From NCBI GenBank assembly GCA_944381265.1, contig CALWKN010000134.1:1-39932 (forward strand): 39,932 nt of DNA, written 5' to 3'. The stretch is from an uncultured Clostridia bacterium. GTDB taxonomy: Bacteria > Bacillota > Clostridia > Christensenellales > UBA1750. Shown piece after piece: positions 35,187 to 39,932 of the stretch (positions are counted from its first letter, which is position 1; each line of letters opens with the position of its first letter). The notes below the pieces were generated by a model that did no database searches, was not told where the DNA came from, and worked only from the letters and a program-made list of their open reading frames with translations. The position numbers were made by a program, and so were the translations under genes.

Positions 35187-35852
35187 TCACCGGGGCTCGC
35201 CCAGGCGCCCGTCGCGCATCTCCAGGCGGCGCTGGCAGCGGCGCGCCACGCCCTCGTCGTGGGTGATGAGGACGATGGTGGTGCCGGCGGCGTTGCGCGC
35301 CTCCATGCAGCGCAGGATCTCCCCGCCGGAGGCGCTGTCCAGGTTGCCGGTGGGCTCGTCCGCCAGCAACAGCGGCGGGCGGGTGATCAGCGCCCGAGCA
35401 ATGGCCACGCGCTGCTGCTGCCCGCCGCTCATCTGGGCGGGCAGGTGGTCGCGGCGGTGGTAGAGGCCGACGCTCTGCAGCGCGGCGGCGGCGCGCTCCC
35501 GCCGCTCGCGCAGGGGCACGCCGCGGTAGACCAGGGGCAGGGCAGCGTTCTCCAGGGCGGTCAGGTGCGGCAGCAGGTTGAAGTTCTGGAACACAAAGCC
35601 GATCTTGCGTCCGCGCACGCGCGCCAGGTCGTCGCTGTCAAGGCGCGTGACGTCCTCGCCGTCGAGGAAATAGCGGCCGCCGGTGGCGCTGTCCAGGCAG
35701 CCCAGCACGTTCATCAGCGTGGACTTGCCGCTGCCGGAGGGGCCGACGATGGCGAGGAATTCGCCGTCCCGCACCTCCAGACTGACGCCGCGCAGCGCTT
35801 CCACCGCGCAGGCGCCGCCGTAAACCTTTGAAAGCTCCCGCGTCACGATCAT
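35187..35852 (-). CDS. ABC transporter ATP-binding protein (MacB/LolD/FtsE-like)
   Basis: Walker A GPSGSGKST, signature LSGGQQQRVAIARAL, Walker B LLLADEPTGNLD. 221 aa. Confidence 0.9.
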   Translation of the reverse strand: MIVTRELSKVYGGACAVEALRGVSLEVRDGEFLAIVGPSGSGKSTLMNVLGCLDSATGGRYFLDGEDVTRLDSDDLARVRGRKIGFVFQNFNLLPHLTALENAALPLVYRGVPLRERRERAAAALQSVGLYHRRDHLPAQMSGGQQQRVAIARALITRPPLLLADEPTGNLDSASGGEILRCMEARNAAGTTIVLITHDEGVARRCQRRLEMRDGRLGEPR

Positions 35853-35909
35853 GCGCGCGCCCCCTCTCCCGCCTAGCTTGCCCGGGAAAGGGGACGCGTT
35901 ATGCGTTTT

Positions 35910-36875
35910 TCAGGGCTCCCGCTCCAGCTCGTCCAGGTAGGAAAGGAGAATGTCCGTCAGCTGCGGCAGGCTCTGGGCAGCGTTGACGCGCACGCGGGCC
36001 TGGGCGCTGCCGCGCAGGCCGTGCAGATACCAGGCGGCGTGCTTGCGCATCTCGCGCAGGCCGATGTACTCGCCCTTGTGCATGACGAGCGCCTGGGCGT
36101 GCGCAAGCGCCGTCTTGACGCGCTCGCGCGGCGTGGGCGGCTGCGGCGGCAGGCCCCGGCGGGCGCGCTGCCAGTCGCGGAAGATCCAGGGATTGCCCAT
36201 GGCGCCGCGGCCGACCATGACCGCCCAGCAGCCGGTTTGGCGCAGCATCTCCTCGGCGTCCGCGGCGCAGGCGATGTCGCCGTTGCCGATGACGGGGATG
36301 GAGAGATGGGCGCTGAGCTCGCCGATGGCCTCGATATGCGCCCGGCCGGCGTACATTTCGGCGCGCGTGCGGGCGTGGAGCGTCACGGCGCTGACCCCGG
36401 CGTCCTGCGCCATCTTGCCGGCCTCCAGGTAGCAGAGCGACGTTTCGTCCCAGCCCAGGCGCATCTTGACCGTGACGGGCAGTGAAGCGCTGCGCACCAC
36501 GGCGCGCAGCACCTTTTCGGCGTTTTTGAGATCGCGCAGCATGGCGCTGCCGTCCCCGCCGGAGACGATCTTGGGCGCGGGACAGCCCATGTTGACGTCG
36601 AGAGCGGAAAAGCGGCTCTCGCATAGCTGCGCGGCGGCGCGGCCCATGCAGTCGGCGTCCGAGCCGAAGATCTGCAGCGCGCAGCGCTCGCCCGGGCTGG
36701 TCTCGCGCAGCTGCACGACCTCCTGCCTCTCCTTGGGCGAAAGCAGGTAACCCTTGGCCGAGACCATCTCCGTGACCGTGCCGTCGGCGCCAAAGCGCGT
36801 GCAGATCTCGCGGTAGACCTTGTCCGTCACGCCGGCCATGGGCGCCAGCAGCAGGCTTCCCTTCTCCGGCCACAT
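35910..36875 (-). CDS. dusB: tRNA-dihydrouridine synthase
   Basis: LAPMAGVTD, DVNMGCPAPK and VMVGRGAMGNPWIF motifs. ATG 36875 lies 1 nt after the upstream stop. The track ORF to 37205 is an out-of-frame overlap extension. Confidence 0.9.
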   Translation of the reverse strand: MWPEKGSLLLAPMAGVTDKVYREICTRFGADGTVTEMVSAKGYLLSPKERQEVVQLRETSPGERCALQIFGSDADCMGRAAAQLCESRFSALDVNMGCPAPKIVSGGDGSAMLRDLKNAEKVLRAVVRSASLPVTVKMRLGWDETSLCYLEAGKMAQDAGVSAVTLHARTRAEMYAGRAHIEAIGELSAHLSIPVIGNGDIACAADAEEMLRQTGCWAVMVGRGAMGNPWIFRDWQRARRGLPPQPPTPRERVKTALAHAQALVMHKGEYIGLREMRKHAAWYLHGLRGSAQARVRVNAAQSLPQLTDILLSYLDELEREP

Positions 36876-36876
36876 A

Positions 36877-37425
36877 TCACGCGCCCTCCTGCGCTTCGGC
36901 GGTCTCGGGCGTTTCCTCTGCGGTCTTGACAACGTCTGTGATGATCCAGCGATGGTCCTCGTCCTTGTGCAGCGTGATTTCGTAGGTGCCGCCCTTCCAA
37001 GGCGGGGGTGGGATCTTGTTGGGGTCGGCCAATTGCTCGGGCGTCTGCTTGCTGATGGGCAGCTCGCCGGAGATCTCCACGCTCTCCTGCACCACGGCGG
37101 TGGCCGTGTCCTCCCAGGGCAGCGTGTGCAGGGACTCGACCTCGACCTGGGCGTCGAAGGAGTGGATGGTGTAGTCCAGATACGTGGTGTCCAGGAGCAG
37201 CGCATCGCCGGCCAGGTAATCGGCGGTGAAGAACTTGTTCAGCTCGTCCGCGTCGTTGTAGCCAAGGACGACGCCGGTGCGCATCTTCATGCCGTCGGTG
37301 ACCAGTATGTTTACGTTGGTATAGTCCATGGCGAACAGGAACACGCCCGCGCAAAGGGCGCAGACCACCAGTACGATGAGCGCCCAGCGCAGCACGCACA
37401 GCAGGAAACGCAGAAAATATTCCAT
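36877..37425 (-). CDS. Hypothetical membrane-anchored protein
   Basis: 182 aa with one N-terminal TM helix (ALIVLVVCALCAGVFLFA), a ~130-aa extracytoplasmic domain and an acidic tail. It is tightly coupled to dusB. Confidence 0.7.
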   Translation of the reverse strand: MEYFLRFLLCVLRWALIVLVVCALCAGVFLFAMDYTNVNILVTDGMKMRTGVVLGYNDADELNKFFTADYLAGDALLLDTTYLDYTIHSFDAQVEVESLHTLPWEDTATAVVQESVEISGELPISKQTPEQLADPNKIPPPPWKGGTYEITLHKDEDHRWIITDVVKTAEETPETAEAQEGA

Positions 37426-37486
37426 AAAGTACCCTCAATTCCGCGCAAAAGCATCGCGTATGTCCCTTCCATTTTACACCAGGTCG

Positions 37487-37534
37487 GGCAAAAAGTAAAT
37501 CCGGGAAGAAGCGGGTGGGACGCTCTTCCCGGAT
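37487..37534 (-). terminator. Intrinsic terminator after the TepA-like gene
   Basis: ATCCGGGAAGA (37499-37509) pairs with TCTTCCCGGAT (37524-37534). On the minus strand it is followed by TTACTTTTTGCC. Confidence 0.6.
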
Positions 37535-37581
37535 GCTTCGCAAATAAAACGCGCGGGTCGGGGCGTGCGTTCCCCTGCGCG

Positions 37582-38223
37582 TCAGAGCAGGCTCCTCAGC
37601 GCCTCCAGCGCGTCGCCCAGGCCGCCTATGCGGTCGATCAAACCGCAGCGCACGGCGGCCTCGCCGTCCAGTATCGTGCCCACGTCGTTGGCCATGTCCT
37701 CGCGCGCCTCCAGCAGGCGGTAGAAGCTCTCCTTGGGCAGGGAGGAGTGCGCGCAGACAAAGCGCGCCACCCGCGCCTGCATCTGCCGGAGGTAGTCCAC
37801 GGACTGCGGCGCGTTGATCACAAGGCCCGAGACGCGCACCGGGTGCAGCGTCATGGTGGCGGTGGGGACGATGAAGGAGCGGCGGGCGCAGACGGCCAGC
37901 GGCACGCCGATGGAGTGGCCGCCGCCGATCACCAGGGACACCGAGGGCTTGCGCATGCCGGCCACCATCTCGGCGATGGCCAGCCCCGCCTCGACGTCGC
38001 CGCCGACGGTGTTGAGCAGCAGCAGGAAGCCGCGCGTCGTCTCGCTCTGTTCGATGCGCACCAGCTCCGGCAGTATGTGCTCGTACTTGGTGGACTTGCT
38101 GCTCTCGGGCAGCAGCATATGGCCTTCGATCTGGCCGATGATGGACACGCAGGCGATGGGGCTCTCGGGCGTCTCCGTCACGCCTGTGTCCGCGCGCGTG
38201 CGCTCTTCTTCACTCTTTGGCAT
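37582..38223 (-). CDS. tepA: ClpP-family serine protease, TepA-like
   Basis: LLLNTVGGDVEAGLAI and GGGHSIG (Ser context). LHP His context. GGGAGG RBS lies 8 nt before ATG 38223. The position between the M16 peptidase and ftsK-side genes mirrors Bacillus synteny. Confidence 0.8.
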   Translation of the reverse strand: MPKSEEERTRADTGVTETPESPIACVSIIGQIEGHMLLPESSKSTKYEHILPELVRIEQSETTRGFLLLLNTVGGDVEAGLAIAEMVAGMRKPSVSLVIGGGHSIGVPLAVCARRSFIVPTATMTLHPVRVSGLVINAPQSVDYLRQMQARVARFVCAHSSLPKESFYRLLEAREDMANDVGTILDGEAAVRCGLIDRIGGLGDALEALRSLL

Positions 38224-38268
38224 ACAATGCACCTCCCTGACGTGCAGTATGCCCCAAAGGCGCGCCGT

Positions 38269-39522
38269 TTAGGCAAAGGCGTCGAAGGAAAGCGGCGCGC
38301 CGCCGCGGCCGACGACCGCGGTGGAATAGGGCGAGGAGAAGATGCGCCGGGCGACGTCGTTGACGTCGTCGCAGGTGGTGTTTTGGAGCTTTTCCAGTAT
38401 CTCCTCAAAGGAGCGGGTGGTGTCATAGAGCAGCAGCACATTGCCGTTGCCGCGCATGCGGGAGGTGTTGCTCTCCTGGCCCATGACAAAGGAGATGCGG
38501 GCGCTCTGGCGCGCCTTCTCAAACTCCTCCGGTTTTACGCCCTCGCGCAGCAGCTTCTTTACCTCCGCGCCCATTAAGTCCAGGACCTTTTGCGCCGTCT
38601 CGGGCGAGGTGCCGGCGTACAGCTCCATCTGTCCGGCGCCGGAATAGGCGCTGACGTAGCTGTAGACGGAGTAGGCCAGGCCGTTGCGCTCGCGGATGCT
38701 CTGGAACAGGCGGGAGGACATGGCCCCGCCAAAGAGCGTGGAGAGGATCAGCTGGGCGTAGGACTCCGGCGCGTTGCCGGCAAAGGCGGGGTAGCCGATG
38801 CAGATCTGCGTCTGCTCGACGTCCTTCAGGCGCACGATGTGGTTCTGCTGCGCGGGGGCGGGGGGCATGCCGCCCGCCGGGCGCCCGCCGCCGCTCCAGG
38901 CGCCAAAGGCCGCCTGCAGCAGGTCCACGGCCTCCTGCCAGTCGTAGGCCCCGGCCAAAGAGACGACGGTGTTCTCCGGCGTATAGTGGGTGCGCAGGAA
39001 GCGGAAGAGCGCCTCGCGCGTGACGGAGCGGATGTTGTCCTCCGTGCCGAGTATGCGCAGTCCCAAGGGGTGGCCCTGGTACTGGGCGTCGGAGAGGAGC
39101 TCGTGCACCAGGTCCTCGGGGTTGTCCTCGCACATGGCGATCTCCTCCAGCACGACGCCCTTCTCCCGCTCCAGGTCCGCCGCCGGGAACTCCGGGTGCA
39201 GCACCAGGTCCTGCAAAAGGCCGATGCCGCGGCCGAGGTCCTCCCGCAGGACCTTGGTGTAGAAGCAGGTGCTCTCCTTGGTGGTGAAGGCGTTGGTGGC
39301 GCCGCCGAGGCGGTCCATCTCGTCGGCCAGGGCGGCGGCGTCCTTCTTGCTCGTGCCCTTGAAGACCATGTGCTCGACGAAGTGGGAGTAGCCGTTCTCC
39401 GCCGCGCTCTCGTTGACCGCGCCGGTGCGCACGAACACGCCCACGGCCACGGTGCGCAGGCCCTCCATGCGCTCGCCGATGATCCTAAGGCCGTTGGGCA
39501 ATGTGATGCGATCGTAAGCCAT
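38269..39522 (-). CDS. M16 family zinc peptidase (pitrilysin/insulinase-like, MlpA/YmxG-type)
   Basis: Inverted zinc motif HFVEH followed by FKGT. 417 aa. It lies immediately downstream of pnp, as in Bacillus. Confidence 0.9.
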   Translation of the reverse strand: MAYDRITLPNGLRIIGERMEGLRTVAVGVFVRTGAVNESAAENGYSHFVEHMVFKGTSKKDAAALADEMDRLGGATNAFTTKESTCFYTKVLREDLGRGIGLLQDLVLHPEFPAADLEREKGVVLEEIAMCEDNPEDLVHELLSDAQYQGHPLGLRILGTEDNIRSVTREALFRFLRTHYTPENTVVSLAGAYDWQEAVDLLQAAFGAWSGGGRPAGGMPPAPAQQNHIVRLKDVEQTQICIGYPAFAGNAPESYAQLILSTLFGGAMSSRLFQSIRERNGLAYSVYSYVSAYSGAGQMELYAGTSPETAQKVLDLMGAEVKKLLREGVKPEEFEKARQSARISFVMGQESNTSRMRGNGNVLLLYDTTRSFEEILEKLQNTTCDDVNDVARRIFSSPYSTAVVGRGGAPLSFDAFA

Positions 39523-39549
39523 GCGTTAGATTCTCCTTTTTCTCTGTGT

Positions 39550-39581
39550 GCGAAAGGGGAACGATGCGCGCATCGTTCCCC
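39550..39581 (-). terminator. Hairpin (attenuating terminator) between pnp and the M16 peptidase gene
   Basis: Perfect 26-nt palindrome GGGGAACGATGCG/CGCATCGTTCCCC (39556-39581). On the minus strand it is followed by TTTCGC. Confidence 0.6.
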
Positions 39582-39597
39582 TCGGGGTCGGCTTTCT

Positions 39598-39932
39598 CTA
39601 GTCGTCGTTCCTCTCGCGGCGGCGGTTGCCGTTGGAGCGGAAGGGGTAGTTGGGCTTGGGGCCCTCGCGGTTGTCGCGCTCGCGGCGCGGCGGACGGGGC
39701 TTGTCCTCGATGACGACGTCCGTGCGGACCAGGTTGACGCGGCCCTGGGAGTCGATGTTGGCCACGCGCACCTTGACCTCGTCGCCGATGTTGAGCACGT
39801 CCTCCACCTTCTCCACGCGCTCGTTGGAGAGCTTGGAGATGTGGATCATGCCGTCCTTGCCGGGCAGCAGCTCGACGAAGGCGCCGATGGGGATGATGCG
39901 CACGACCTTGCCGGTGTACTCCTGGCCGACCT
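39598..39932 (-). CDS. pnp: Polyribonucleotide nucleotidyltransferase (PNPase), C-terminal S1 domain; 5' part lies outside the window
   Basis: S1 domain [25 protein letters not shown] and a basic Arg-rich tail. The reading frame stays open to the window edge. Confidence 0.9.
   Translation of the reverse strand, partial: VGQEYTGKVVRIIPIGAFVELLPGKDGMIHISKLSNERVEKVEDVLNIGDEVKVRVANIDSQGRVNLVRTDVVIEDKPRPPRRERDNREGPKPNYPFRSNGNRRRERNDD

Noticed and set aside
36820-38577. 585-aa plus-strand ORF; also 35899-36873 (324 aa) and 35082-35831 (249 aa)
   Set aside because: These are antisense or out of frame relative to dusB, the hypothetical, tepA, the M16 peptidase and the ABC ATPase. The translations are Gly/Ala/Arg-rich.

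Overview
Chromosomal segment from a very GC-rich, endospore-forming Bacillota. The gene order is Clostridia-like, but the taxon cannot be fixed from sequence alone. The backbone spans about 1-21.7 kb and 35-39.9 kb; hand-counted 60-nt lines give 44/60 and 46/60 G+C. It carries: cotJABC; a YesM/YesN-type two-component system transcribed divergently from an LplB/LplC/LplA-type sugar ABC importer, an intracellular GH5 and an uncharacterised 496-aa protein; a long minus-strand housekeeping run (rimO-pgsA-cinA-recA-cysteine hydrolase-2x GNAT, ftsK/spoIIIE, scpB, scpA, M50 peptidase); and on the right an orphan ABC ATPase, dusB, a hypothetical, a TepA-like ClpP, an M16 peptidase and the 3' end of pnp. 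Between these lies a ~13-kb block (about 21.7-34.95 kb) of clearly lower G+C (23/60 to 31/60 in sampled lines) with no integrase or transposase. It encodes an AraC regulator, three Gfo/Idh/MocA oxidoreductases, a xylose-isomerase-like TIM-barrel protein, a type-B carboxylesterase, a second LplABC-type importer, a tandem-CXXC/CcdA-like membrane redox protein and a 111-aa orphan. It contains no glycoside hydrolase. My best candidate for a poorly described system is this block, read as an acquired hydrolase-independent (oxidoreductive, 3-keto-sugar type) glycoside utilisation locus. This is a hypothesis from domain composition only. I saw no CRISPR array, tRNA, rRNA, IS element or recognisable defence gene. 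Most long ORFs in the six-frame track that lie antisense or out of frame to the listed genes are high-GC artefacts.
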